From a bacterium (lineage in GTDB: Bacteria; SZUA-182; DTGQ01; JAFGSM01), in contig JBLIRO010000020.1 of the NCBI GenBank assembly GCA_049472335.1, positions 1-64,000 of the forward strand: DNA of 64,000 nt. Direction: 5' to 3'. Below are positions 25,156 through 34,830 of the stretch, one piece after another (within the stretch, counting starts at the first letter, position 1; each line of letters begins with the position of its first letter). Under the pieces are notes generated by a model. It saw nothing but the letters and a program-made list of their open reading frames with translations. It searched no databases and was not told the DNA's origin. The position numbers were made by a program, and so were the translations under genes.

Positions 25156-26532
25156 TTAGGGTCTTATGTCGTACTCTTTTATTTTACTCAACAAAGAGCG
25201 ATAGCTAACTTGAAGAAGGTTTGCCGCTTGTATTCTATTCCAGTTCGTTTTATTAAGAGCTCTTTTGATGTAAGACTTTTCAGCCTTTTCCACAGCCTGC
25301 TTGCTGATTTCTTTTAATGGCACAAATTTGTCGTTGGATTTATATACCACCTTTCCGGCAACTACGTCATGCGGAATAACACTGTTGACTATCTCTTCAT
25401 TTCCAAGAACGATGATTTTCTTTATAAGGTTTTCCAGTTCTCTGACATTTCCCGGCCATTCATATTTCATGAACAGGGCCATAGTGTTTGCCGAGAGAGA
25501 CTTATATTCCTTGCTATAGAGATTTGTGTATTTTTCCATGAAATATTCGACAATGAGGGGGATATCTTCTTTATGCTCTCTCAAAGGAGGAAGAAAAACA
25601 GCAACTTCGTTCAATCTATAAAAAAGATCCTCTCTGAAGCTTCCATTTTTTATCCCCTCTTCAAGGTCCCTGTTTGTTGCGGCAATAATTCTGACATCAA
25701 CCTTTACAGGATTTTTTCCGCCTAGACGATTGAACTCTTTTTCTTCCAGCACCTGGAGCAATTTAGCCTGAAGGGGTGTAGGCATTTCCGCTATCTCATC
25801 CAGAAAGATAGTGCCCTCATGGGCAAATTCGAATCGGCCGGGTTTTGGCCTCTGCGCACCGGTGAACGCGCCCCTTTCATAACCAAAAAGCTCTGATTCA
25901 AGGAGATTTTCCGGAAGAGTCGCACAGTTTACTTTCACGAAAGGTTTGTCTCTCCGATTAGACATACTATGTATGGCTCGTGTAACAAGTTCTTTGCCTG
26001 TACCGCTCTCCCCTCGAACCAATACCGTTAATTCGGTATCAGCGACCTGTTCGATCATTTTCTTTACATTTACGATCAGATTACTGTCACCAATAAAATC
26101 TTCATATTCTGATTTCGATTTGAGTTTTTTCTTTAAACTCTCAAATTGGGATTCGAGCTCACGGCGTTCTAAAACCTTATTGATTGTTATAAGAAGTTCA
26201 TCTTTATCAAAGGGTTTGGTCACAAAATCCGTAGCGCCGTATTGCATGGCCTGAACAACCATTTTGGTTTCACCATGTGCGGAAAGCATAATAACTGCTG
26301 TGTTCTTTGAATGTTCTTTGATCTTTTCGAGCACCTCCAGGCCATTCATATCAGGCATCTTAATATCCAAAAGAACCAGTTCGGGTTTTTCTGTCTTGGC
26401 TATCTTTAAGCCTGATTTCCCTCCATCCGCAGAGAGGATGAGATAACCTTCTTCCTGGAGGGCTTCGGTTAAGATCCATATGATTTCCGGATCATCATCA
26501 ACGATTAATACTTTAATTCGTTTTCCCTTCAT
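25156..26532 (-). CDS. Sigma54-dependent response regulator (NtrC/AtoC family)
   Basis: REC domain (VDDD, LLDIKMP), [28 protein letters not shown], Fis HTH. Confidence 0.97.
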   Translation of the reverse strand: MKGKRIKVLIVDDDPEIIWILTEALQEEGYLILSADGGKSGLKIAKTEKPELVLLDIKMPDMNGLEVLEKIKEHSKNTAVIMLSAHGETKMVVQAMQYGATDFVTKPFDKDELLITINKVLERRELESQFESLKKKLKSKSEYEDFIGDSNLIVNVKKMIEQVADTELTVLVRGESGTGKELVTRAIHSMSNRRDKPFVKVNCATLPENLLESELFGYERGAFTGAQRPKPGRFEFAHEGTIFLDEIAEMPTPLQAKLLQVLEEKEFNRLGGKNPVKVDVRIIAATNRDLEEGIKNGSFREDLFYRLNEVAVFLPPLREHKEDIPLIVEYFMEKYTNLYSKEYKSLSANTMALFMKYEWPGNVRELENLIKKIIVLGNEEIVNSVIPHDVVAGKVVYKSNDKFVPLKEISKQAVEKAEKSYIKRALNKTNWNRIQAANLLQVSYRSLLSKIKEYDIRP

Positions 26533-26614
26533 AGCAGATCTGTCTCCTGTAAGCCTTTCTTATATAAGGTTTTCATAATCTACCAAACCCATTATTCCCT
26601 GTCAAGGTTTTTAT

Positions 26615-28243
26615 TCAGCATTCTTTGTCAATAGGAAGATGTAAGGAAAAAGTCGATCCCTTCCCAGGTTCACTTTTCAATTCAATAAAACCGTCATGTG
26701 CTTTTATGACTCGATTTACTACAGCTAAACCCAAACCAGTTCCAGATTCTTTGGTTGAAAAAAAATGATCAAAGATCTTTTTTCTGATATTCAGATCTAT
26801 TCCGGTCCCGGTATCTGAAAAATCAATCTGAACATATTCCCTGGACTTTTCATTTTCTTTCTTTTGTATTAACCGGGTTGAAATTTTGAGCTTTCCACCT
26901 TTTTCCATGGAGTCTATTGCATTCATAATCAGATTTAAAAACGCCTCTTTTATCCTTTCCTCATTAACCTGGACTGGGGGGAGTACTCCTATTTCCTGAA
27001 CCAGGTTAATCCGTTGACGCAGGAGATCATTCTGTGTCAATTCCAGCACCTTCTGTATAGTTTGATTAATATCTACGGTCTTGAGCGGAAAACGCTCCGG
27101 GTTGGAGAAGGAGAGAAGTTCCTTTACCAGCTCATTTAATCTGAAAATACTATTATTTACAACCTCCAGCGATTTCTCGCGAAATGCATCATCATACCAT
27201 TTATTTTCAAGATTCTGTATTGCCCCTTTTATAGTTGTTATGGGGTGTCTAAGATCATGAGCAATCTCGGAAATCATTTCTCCCATGGTGATTAATTGAG
27301 TTGATTTTGTTAGTCGCAAAGACTTTTCATATAAGGAAAGGGCCTGAGAGGCAATGATAGTCAAAAGTTGCCTCTGCTCGCTGGAAAAAATATTTTTCTG
27401 ATGGCTTGCTACAATGAATAAACCATACAAATCGTCTTTTATAATAATCGGGACGGCAAGGAAAGAATCCAAAAGAAGTTTATAAAATCCTTTGGCCTGG
27501 AGAAATTTTTCAAGACATTCCGTGTAATGAAGGATTAAATCCTCTTCGTTTAATTGATCAGAAGGAGCTAGCTCGATCTTGACATTTGTGAAGCCAAGAT
27601 GCTTTATAATATCTTTACTGATGCCCTGGGCAAATCTAAGACGAAACTCTTTTGTTTCCTGATCAAATGACAAACATATAAAGTAATCCAGATGAATCAG
27701 TTGCTGGATGGATTGAAATAGACCTTTTAATGCCTCTTCCAGAGTAGGCTGGGATGCTATTGTCTTCGAGATTTCATATAATGCCGAAAGTTCTTTTACT
27801 CTCCACTCAAGTTCTTTATTTTTCTTTTGTATCTCGGAAAAAAGCTGTTTATTTTTTATTCCGAGGCTTCGCCTGTCAAGACTTTTTCTTACGACAATCT
27901 TGATCTCTTCCAGAGAGCAGCTTTTTTCCAAAAAGTCATAGGCGCCTTTTCGAGTGGCTTCGATGGTCATTTCTTTGGAGACCTGATCGGCCATTACAAT
28001 TACGAGGGTTTCCGGATACATCCCCTTGATATGAACAAGAAACTCGAGAGAGTCATCAACATCCGGAAGATTATAGCTCAACAGAATAAGAGAGTAATTT
28101 GTAAAATGAATCTTTTCTTTCGCATCATTACCATTAAGGACAATAGATACCATATATCCTTCTTTAACCAGGCATTCCTTGATACTCCGCCCTAAGGCTT
28201 CAGAAGGCTCGACGATCAAAATATTTTCTTTGTTTGATCTCAT
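26615..28243 (-). CDS. Cytoplasmic histidine kinase: (pseudo)receiver-GAF-HisKA-HATPase
   Basis: N-terminal REC-like domain with LLSYNLP, GAF (LAVPIIIKDDLYG), EIAHDLRHP, NLIMNAIDS, DTGTG, GTGLGL. Confidence 0.92.
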   Translation of the reverse strand: MRSNKENILIVEPSEALGRSIKECLVKEGYMVSIVLNGNDAKEKIHFTNYSLILLSYNLPDVDDSLEFLVHIKGMYPETLVIVMADQVSKEMTIEATRKGAYDFLEKSCSLEEIKIVVRKSLDRRSLGIKNKQLFSEIQKKNKELEWRVKELSALYEISKTIASQPTLEEALKGLFQSIQQLIHLDYFICLSFDQETKEFRLRFAQGISKDIIKHLGFTNVKIELAPSDQLNEEDLILHYTECLEKFLQAKGFYKLLLDSFLAVPIIIKDDLYGLFIVASHQKNIFSSEQRQLLTIIASQALSLYEKSLRLTKSTQLITMGEMISEIAHDLRHPITTIKGAIQNLENKWYDDAFREKSLEVVNNSIFRLNELVKELLSFSNPERFPLKTVDINQTIQKVLELTQNDLLRQRINLVQEIGVLPPVQVNEERIKEAFLNLIMNAIDSMEKGGKLKISTRLIQKKENEKSREYVQIDFSDTGTGIDLNIRKKIFDHFFSTKESGTGLGLAVVNRVIKAHDGFIELKSEPGKGSTFSLHLPIDKEC

Positions 28244-28533
28244 ACTCCCCGGTTTTTCTAATGACTAATTGGTTTGACTTTATATATATTTACAAAATAG
28301 GCTAATTTATATAACGGCCAGATAGGAAAAAAACTTCATATATTACTTGAAATGCATAACGGTTATAAGACACAGGTTTTATATGCAAAAAAATACTCAG
28401 ACATTTTTTTGCATCTTTGGTATCTTAGAATCCACTTATAATATTCAAAAAGACAGAATCAGGCTGTTGTTAGATTGGAAAAATAGAAAGAGTTTATTAA
28501 TTAATGATAATGAAAAGTCTTTAAAAATATTGC

Positions 28534-30042
28534 TTAAAGAGTGCTTAAAATGGAGAGTATCTTGTCCTGGGAATTCATGAAATATTCAATTTCCGATTGT
28601 TTACCATTCATCAAAATAGAAAATATAAGAGGCTCTCCGCTTTTAGTCCAGATATATCCTGATAATGCTGAAACACCATTGATGTGTCCGGTTTTCGCTC
28701 TGACTATTCCATGTAGGTCCCCTTCCAGAGGCCGGTCTTTTAAAGTGCCGTCAACACCGGTAATGGCAAGAGAAGAAACGTATTCCGGACCAAATTGCTC
28801 ATTGTTTGCCATAAAAAACAGAAGATCACAGATGAGCCGGGCAGGGATCCTGTTAAGTGGGGAAAGGCCTGATCCGTCAGATAGTTTGAGACCATCGGTA
28901 TTAATGCCTTTCTCTTTTAGCGTTTCTATTAAAACCTTCAGACCTTTTTCATGAGTCCCGGGCGAACCTTCCTTCTCGGCCCCAAAGGTCTTGAGTATTT
29001 GTTCTGCAATAAAGTTGTTGCTAATTTTGTTGAGATCCGCGATAACACTGCTTAGAGGCTTTGATTCATGAATATAAAAAGGAATAGCATCCTGTGGTGT
29101 TACACCTTTCCTCAATTCACCATCAAACTCGATTCCTTCTTGTTTTAAAAAATTTCTAAATGCTGTTATTGTATATATAGCCGGATCTTTGACAGCCCTG
29201 TAGATTTTTACTCCTGGTGAATCGACGGGTATCCGGCCTTTCAACAAAAATGAATTTCCTCCGCCTTCTGAAAAAACCCTTCCCACATTTATATATTTTT
29301 TTCTGTTTTTTTTAATCGTAATAGCTTCGTTTTCCAAACTAATACAGGAAATATCTGGATCTATTTTACTTATGGCCTTCTTTCCCGGCGAAGGGCCCGG
29401 GGATATATAAATTGTTGCAGTGTTAAAGTTGAATGAAAGGGCCCCTATTTCGGCATTATACCAAAAAGGGGGCCTGTCTTTTTTCCATCCTTCCGGGCTT
29501 CTTATTTGATCAAAAAAGGTTTCATCAGCAATTAAATCACCTGTGATCTTTTTTAAACCCCTGAGAGCCAATTCATGGGTTAACATCCACATTTCTTCAT
29601 TAACCAAAAAAGGATCTCCAAATCCTTTTAAATAGAGATCACCATTAATAATCCCATCAACTGGTGATGTTGTAGTGTAGACCCCTGTTTTGAAGCGATA
29701 GTCAGAGCCAAGGCGTATAAGTGATACCGCGCTTGTCAGAAGTTTGGTGTTGGAGGCAGGTATGAGCGGATCATCCGGATGATATGACCAAAGCACCTTG
29801 TTTGTTTTTGAATGCACAATCGAGCACCCTATTTTTGCCCCTTTTCTGGAAGTTCTTTTAATTATCTCGTTTATTTCATCGAAGCATTTAGATTGGTTTT
29901 TTTCCGCTTTACATAAAGATATATTAAAAAAAATAAGGGAAGAAAAAATAATTAAGCCCAGGATAAGTGAACTCTTAAATGCTGAATGTGTTCGTGAAGG
30001 TCTTTTTAAAGAACCCGGGCAAAAGGATTTGATTTTTTCCAA
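28534..30042 (-). CDS. dacB: D-Ala-D-Ala carboxypeptidase/endopeptidase PBP4
   Basis: PASNTK (SxxK), SNN, DGSGLS, KTG; true start may be slightly downstream. Confidence 0.94.
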   Translation of the reverse strand: MEKIKSFCPGSLKRPSRTHSAFKSSLILGLIIFSSLIFFNISLCKAEKNQSKCFDEINEIIKRTSRKGAKIGCSIVHSKTNKVLWSYHPDDPLIPASNTKLLTSAVSLIRLGSDYRFKTGVYTTTSPVDGIINGDLYLKGFGDPFLVNEEMWMLTHELALRGLKKITGDLIADETFFDQIRSPEGWKKDRPPFWYNAEIGALSFNFNTATIYISPGPSPGKKAISKIDPDISCISLENEAITIKKNRKKYINVGRVFSEGGGNSFLLKGRIPVDSPGVKIYRAVKDPAIYTITAFRNFLKQEGIEFDGELRKGVTPQDAIPFYIHESKPLSSVIADLNKISNNFIAEQILKTFGAEKEGSPGTHEKGLKVLIETLKEKGINTDGLKLSDGSGLSPLNRIPARLICDLLFFMANNEQFGPEYVSSLAITGVDGTLKDRPLEGDLHGIVRAKTGHINGVSALSGYIWTKSGEPLIFSILMNGKQSEIEYFMNSQDKILSILSTL

Positions 30043-30201
30043 AAAAGACTTATGTAAAAGATGAAAATAATAAAAATTGGATAACAGTTTCTTATCCCCC
30101 CTTAAGAATTATTTCTATTCCTATCTATCGTTCACGGCCTTTCAATAGAACCAGGATTTTAAGAATAACGCCAATTTAAAAGAATTGCAACATATTTTAT
30201 G

Positions 30202-30229
30202 TTGACAAGATTTTAATTCATGTTATAAT
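30202..30229 (+). promoter_or_regulatory. Sigma70-type promoter upstream of the hybrid kinase
   Basis: TTGACA-N16-TATAAT with an extended TG. Confidence 0.55.
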
Positions 30230-30662
30230 TACAATTAAGAAGAAAGATTTTAATTCCTAATTCATTTTCCCCCCTTAAATAGATCATCGGATTACTGTCT
30301 TATAATACAAGACTTTATATTCCAACTTTTAAAGGGATTAATCAGGTTTTTAACTTTAAATCCTATATATCATTATGGTTATTGACATATTAATTATGTT
30401 AATATAAACTCAACTTGTTGAATAAAATATACATAAGATGAAACATTCTTAAAACTTAAGCACGAAAAGGAGGATGAAAAATATTTTATAATTCGAGATA
30501 TTTTGTCAACTGATGTTCATAACCAATTAATTTTTTTGTACCAAATGTCTTTTTCTGATGAATTATCAGATAAAATTTTTTGAAAAATTTCAGGAATTAA
30601 GGTTTTATTTAATACTTTCTCTTCGGAAGATTTTTTAATGTTCTTTAATTATGGGGGGGGTT

Positions 30663-31913
30663 ATGAGAAGAGAAAAGATCATATTAATCGATGACAATGA
30701 GTCTATCCTGGATGCATATAAGAACATATTGATAAATCTGGGATACGAAGTTGATACAGCCAGAAGCGGGGAAATAGGACTTGATCTGGTAAGGCAAAAA
30801 GGGTACCAGATTATAATTACTGATATTAAATTTTCTCCATACCAGATGGATGGGTTTAAGGTCCTCGAAGAAGTTAAAAAAATAAACAGTGAGTGCGAAG
30901 TAATCGTAATCACTGGTTATTTAGACTTAGATCTGGCAATTAAGGCCATGCATCTCGATGCCTCTGATTTTATTCCCAAGCCATGCAGGGAGCAGGATCT
31001 TTTATTGGCCATAAAACGCGCTTCCGAAAAGCTGCAAATGAGACGATTAGTAAAAGAATACACTGAGAGTCTTCAAATGACAATAAACAGGAAAGAGCAG
31101 GAAATGGCCACTATTCAGGAGAAGTTGATTCACACCGAAAAACTCTCCGCTATGGGAGAGCTTGCAGCAAGCATTTGTCATGAATTGTGTCAGCCTTTGT
31201 GCGGAATAATGGGTTTTACTTATATGGCGGCGGAAGATATCCCTGAAAATACCAAAGCCAAGTGGTATGTAAAGAAGATAGAGGAGCAGATTACCCGGAT
31301 GGAGCAAATTGTAAAAAACCTTCGTGTCTTTTCCAGGAAGTCAAACGGCGGTTTTGTTCCTCTCAGCATAAATGAAGTAGTTCAATCAGCGGTATGTCTT
31401 TTTGATCATCAATTTAAGAGTCAAGGTATAAAATTGATAGAGGACCTGGGAAAAGATATTCCCGCTGTGCTGGGAAATAAGGTCAAATTGCAGCAGGTGG
31501 TTGTAAATCTGCTTTCCAATGCTCGGGATGCGCTATATGATGTAGACGACAAAAGGCCCAAAAAGGTCACTATAAAAACGGCCTATGATGACATTGAAGA
31601 TGCAGTTGAGATCTCTGTCGCAGATAATGGTATTGGGATAGAAGAAGAGATCAGGGAGAAGATATTTCAATCCTTTTTTACCACCAAAAAAGACGATCGT
31701 GGAACGGGCCTTGGCCTTTCCGTCTCTAAGAGCATTGTTTCCGATCATGAAGGAGAGATAGAGGTGGTAAGTCAAAAGGGATGCGGAAGTATTTTTAAGG
31801 TAAGTCTTCCTATAGAAAATAACAAGGTAATGGGACATAAGAATGTGGAAGATGCCCATCCCTGGTATGCTGAAGAGAAAACCGGACAAATGGAGGTTGG
31901 TATATCAGAATAA
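30663..31913 (+). CDS. Receiver-histidine kinase hybrid
   Basis: LIDDN, IITDIKF, EKLSAMGELAASICHELCQP, NLLSNARDA, DNGIG, GTGLGL; ATG 30663 follows a G-rich RBS. Confidence 0.93.
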   Translation: MRREKIILIDDNESILDAYKNILINLGYEVDTARSGEIGLDLVRQKGYQIIITDIKFSPYQMDGFKVLEEVKKINSECEVIVITGYLDLDLAIKAMHLDASDFIPKPCREQDLLLAIKRASEKLQMRRLVKEYTESLQMTINRKEQEMATIQEKLIHTEKLSAMGELAASICHELCQPLCGIMGFTYMAAEDIPENTKAKWYVKKIEEQITRMEQIVKNLRVFSRKSNGGFVPLSINEVVQSAVCLFDHQFKSQGIKLIEDLGKDIPAVLGNKVKLQQVVVNLLSNARDALYDVDDKRPKKVTIKTAYDDIEDAVEISVADNGIGIEEEIREKIFQSFFTTKKDDRGTGLGLSVSKSIVSDHEGEIEVVSQKGCGSIFKVSLPIENNKVMGHKNVEDAHPWYAEEKTGQMEVGISE

Positions 31914-31914
31914 A

Positions 31915-32056
31915 AATACCTAAAGTATTTAGAATTGCCCAAAGTGCTTAAAGTTTCGAGTGACAGTGCCTAAGTTCTGAAAAAATGCCTTAAAGCGCTG
32001 ATATGCCTTTAAACTCCTTAATATCCCTAAAGAATTGCCTAAAGCTTCAATTGCCC
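31915..32056 (+). repeat. Degenerate TGCCTAAAG repeat tract
   Basis: About 9 imperfect copies (TACCTAAAG, TGCCCAAAG, TGCTTAAAG, TGCCTAAG, TGCCTTAAAG, TGCCTTTAAA, TCCCTAAAG, TGCCTAAAG) right after the kinase stop. Confidence 0.65.
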
Positions 32057-32220
32057 TGACGATAGGCCCTGCCTTGTGTTTTTTAAACCATACAGAAAAT
32101 TCCACATTAATTAATGAATATTTCTGATATGACTAAATTAAACCGATTATGTTTGCTCTGATATTTTTTAACCACTGATTTTTAAATTGGTTTAAATTGG
32201 TTTTTTATTTTGGTCAGTGT

Positions 32221-32395
32221 GGAGATGGGCTTATGCCTCGAGGTTAGGGATTGCCTCGGATACAGGCTGTAAGGCTCGCTTCTGACAAACCGCAAATTCG
32301 CCCTTCGGGCTCAAATATGCGGTTTGCTTAACCGAAGCTTCACCAATAGCCTGTAATACTCGTCCACAGGCACCTCAAGACATAAGCCCATCTCC
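32221..32395. other. 175-nt GC-rich long imperfect hairpin (MITE/REP-like element or structured RNA)
   Basis: Perfect 15-bp ends GGAGATGGGCTTATG / CATAAGCCCATCTCC; nested TACAGGCT/AGCCTGTA, GCTTC/GAAGC, CAAACCGCA/TGCGGTTTG; apical GCCC-TTC-GGGC. Confidence 0.75.
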
Positions 32396-32737
32396 CTGAA
32401 AGCTGGATAAATCAATAAAAATTTTTTTAATTCTTATCCACTGTCATTTTTAAAATTGAAAATGAATAAAAAACTTAATTCAATAGGAGCAAATTCTATC
32501 AGTTTGAATTGAGTAATTGTTCAGTGCGAATTGAATAATTGTGAAAATGCTTCACATAATGGACTAAATCCATCAACTTCTGGTCTTTAGCTTTTGAAAT
32601 TTTTTATACCTTATGATATGTTAAATTTAATTTTAAACTCTGATTATATCAGGATTTAAGAAATTTTTAAGAGTCGGGATTTTGTTTTTGAAGATTCCTT
32701 ATAACAGGGAAATTTTAAACTTAACCTATAAATTTTA

Positions 32738-32797
32738 AGTTAACATAAATGATCGTTATTATCAGGTAAAAACGGCCTGATAATCATATGGTTACGC
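32738..32797 (+). repeat. Putative attC site (short)
   Basis: AGTTAAC (R'') ... ATTATCAGG/CCTGATAAT stem ... GTTACGC (R'). Confidence 0.5.
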
Positions 32798-32806
32798 CGC
32801 TCCGCG

Positions 32807-32955
32807 GCGTAACAGGGAGCTAACGCTAACGCGTTCAGCATTGGGCCACGCCGCTGCGCGTCGTAACCCAACGCTGAACGCGACGTACTCCCCTGATAAC
32901 CAGTGCAAGGCACCGTTATCAGGGTGCGCCGCGCGTTAGCTCCCCATTAAGAACC
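32807..32955 (+). repeat. Putative attC site (long, branched)
   Basis: GCGTAAC-AGGGAGCTAACGC ... GCGTTAGCTCCCC-ATTAAGAACC; the final box is complementary (apart from G>A) to GGTTCTTAAC ending the next cassette. Confidence 0.65.
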
Positions 32956-32965
32956 CGAGGTATAT

Positions 32966-33752
32966 ATGAAAAATAGTCTAAAAGATTTTTCTGAATCGGC
33001 AAAAGGATTTACAAAAAGCCCATTGGGAATAATCGCTCTTTTTATTGTTCTAGTTTACGGTTTTGCTTCGTTGGTAGTTAGTTTTGGACAAAATCTTACA
33101 GGACATATAACACCTTTAATATATTTCTCGGTAATTTTTCCAGTTATAGTCTTTTTTGGATTTTTATGGCTTGTTTGTAAACATCATAAAAAGTTGTACG
33201 GTTTTTCTGATTTCCAAGATGAGGAAAATTTTTTAAAGATGCAAATGTCCACGGTTGCATCTCTCGCCGCTGAATCAGCAAAAAATCCTGAAAAAGCGCT
33301 TGATGATAAGCAAATAGAGCATCAGATAAACTCTATCATTGAAATGGTTGCGAAAGCTCCAAGAAAAGAAAGAAAAAAAGAAGGGCCTGCTAAGATTTTA
33401 TGGTGGATGATCGGCCTGGCCTGCTAATAACATTTATGAAAGGCAAGCGTTTGAGGCTATTGGCATCAGTTTTGATTTGGCTTTGTCAACGGATGAAGCA
33501 ATGGATATGTTAGCACAAGAAAAATACTCTGCAATAATATCAGATATGGGTCGGAAAGAAGGGCCAAAAGAAGGATACGTCTTATTAGAAAAGCTAAGGG
33601 AGCATGATAAAATTACACCCTTTTTTATTTATGCTGGATCAAACAAGCCAGAATATAAGAAAATGGCAAAAGAGAAAGGTGCTCAAGGCTGTACCAATAA
33701 TCCACAGGAATTGTATAAGATAGTCACTTCCTATATTGGTCACGGTTCTTAA
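32966..33752 (+). pseudogene. Cassette gene: two-TM + response-regulator receiver, frameshifted
   Basis: ORFs 32966-33427 and 33477-33752 join into ILWVDDRPANNIYERQAF..IISDMGR if a 1-bp deletion (TGG[G]TG, about 33404) and a 5-bp duplication (GGCCT, 33413-22) are undone. Confidence 0.85.
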
Positions 33753-33835
33753 CAAAAAAAGGATTAGTTCAGAGCATTCACTAGACGCCAATTCCGCTGC
33801 GTTGCATTGGCGCAAGTGATGCCGGTGTTCGGGCT
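33744..33835 (+). repeat. attC site
   Basis: GGTTCTTAAC ... GCATTCACTAGACGCCAAT / ATTGGCGCAAGTGATGC with extrahelical bases ... GTTCGGGCT; R''-L'' spacer abnormally long. Confidence 0.8.
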
Positions 33836-33843
33836 TTAAAAAT

Positions 33844-34500
33844 ATGATCACCACAAATATTCTTCAACGTGTTTTTCGAATCTATCATAACGGCAAAACA
33901 GCCTCTTCCTACACTATTGAAAAAGGGGAGAGACAATTTTTAGTCTCAGCGGCACACGTTTTTAAAGGAAGCATTGAGATAAACGAGATAGAAATTTATC
34001 ACGATGATACATGGAAGAAATTACCAGTTGAGGTAGCTTACAACTCCCACACAGCAGGAGATACAATAGTATTCAAATTGCCTCATGATATTTCACCGCG
34101 ATACCCGATTACTTCATATGGTCCAGGTGGAGTACTTATGGGGTCTTGGGCATATTTCTTGGGTTTCCCTCTTGGCCTTATGACACCTTCAGGTGATATA
34201 AATAACAAGTTTCCTTTTCCTTTAGTTAAGGCCGCGCTTATTTCGAGTATAGACGGCTCCTTGCATGGCATATCAACAATATTACTTGATGGCCATAACA
34301 ATAAGGGTTTTTCAGGTGCACCATTAGCATGGTATCCCCCAAATCAAACAAAGAAAGTCCATATTATTGGGACAATAAGCGGATACCTTCAAGAAAACCC
34401 AAAAGCCAGCGTAACACAGGAAGATGTTGATCTGTTTGAAGTAAATGCCGGAATAATAAAAGCTTATTGGATTAAAGATCTATTTGACTATATAGACTAG
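33844..34500 (+). CDS. Cassette gene: trypsin-like serine protease
   Basis: VSAAHVF (His), GDT (Asp), NKGFSGAP (Ser), YFLGFP. Confidence 0.8.
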   Translation: MITTNILQRVFRIYHNGKTASSYTIEKGERQFLVSAAHVFKGSIEINEIEIYHDDTWKKLPVEVAYNSHTAGDTIVFKLPHDISPRYPITSYGPGGVLMGSWAYFLGFPLGLMTPSGDINNKFPFPLVKAALISSIDGSLHGISTILLDGHNNKGFSGAPLAWYPPNQTKKVHIIGTISGYLQENPKASVTQEDVDLFEVNAGIIKAYWIKDLFDYID

Positions 34501-34592
34501 CCCGAACCAGACGGTTCACTTGACGCCAAGAAAGTCTGCGGCCTTGACTGGCCAGTTTTTTGGCGGCGCAAGTGACCTTGGCCGATCGGACA
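34499..34592 (+). repeat. attC site
   Basis: AGCCCGAAC-CAGAC-GGTTCACTTGACGCC ... GGCGCAAGTGACC-TTGGCC-GATCGGACA; shares TTCACTwGACGCCA and GGCGCAAGTGA with the preceding attC. Confidence 0.85.
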
Positions 34593-34611
34593 GAAAAGGA
34601 AAGGAGATTAC

Positions 34612-34830
34612 ATGAAAGCAGAATTTACAGCAATTATAGAACCCGCACCCGAGGGTGGCTACTGGGCTATCTGCCCGGAGGTTCCTGGTGCCAACGGGCA
34701 AGGGGAGACGATCGAGGAGGCCAAGAATAGTTTACGTCAGGCCATTGAATTAATTCTGGAAGATCGCAAGGCAGACATTCTCCGTGGACTGCCCGAAGAC
34801 GCTATCCAGGATAAGGTTTTGATTGGATGA
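34612..34830 (+). CDS. hicB: HicB family antitoxin (short)
   Basis: EGGYWAICPEVPGANGQGETIEEAKNSLRQAIEL. Confidence 0.92.
   Translation: MKAEFTAIIEPAPEGGYWAICPEVPGANGQGETIEEAKNSLRQAIELILEDRKADILRGLPEDAIQDKVLIG

Noticed and set aside
30468..30491. Strong AGGAGG followed by a 5-codon ORF in the kinase leader
   Set aside because: RBS-ATG spacing is essentially zero; no support for a leader peptide
31915..32056. Possible CRISPR or iteron array
   Set aside because: Units are 9 bp, degenerate and irregularly spaced; no cas or rep gene nearby
32539..32557. Rex-like operator TTGTGAA-N5-TTCACAT
   Set aside because: The spacer is one base too long and there is no plausible target gene adjacent
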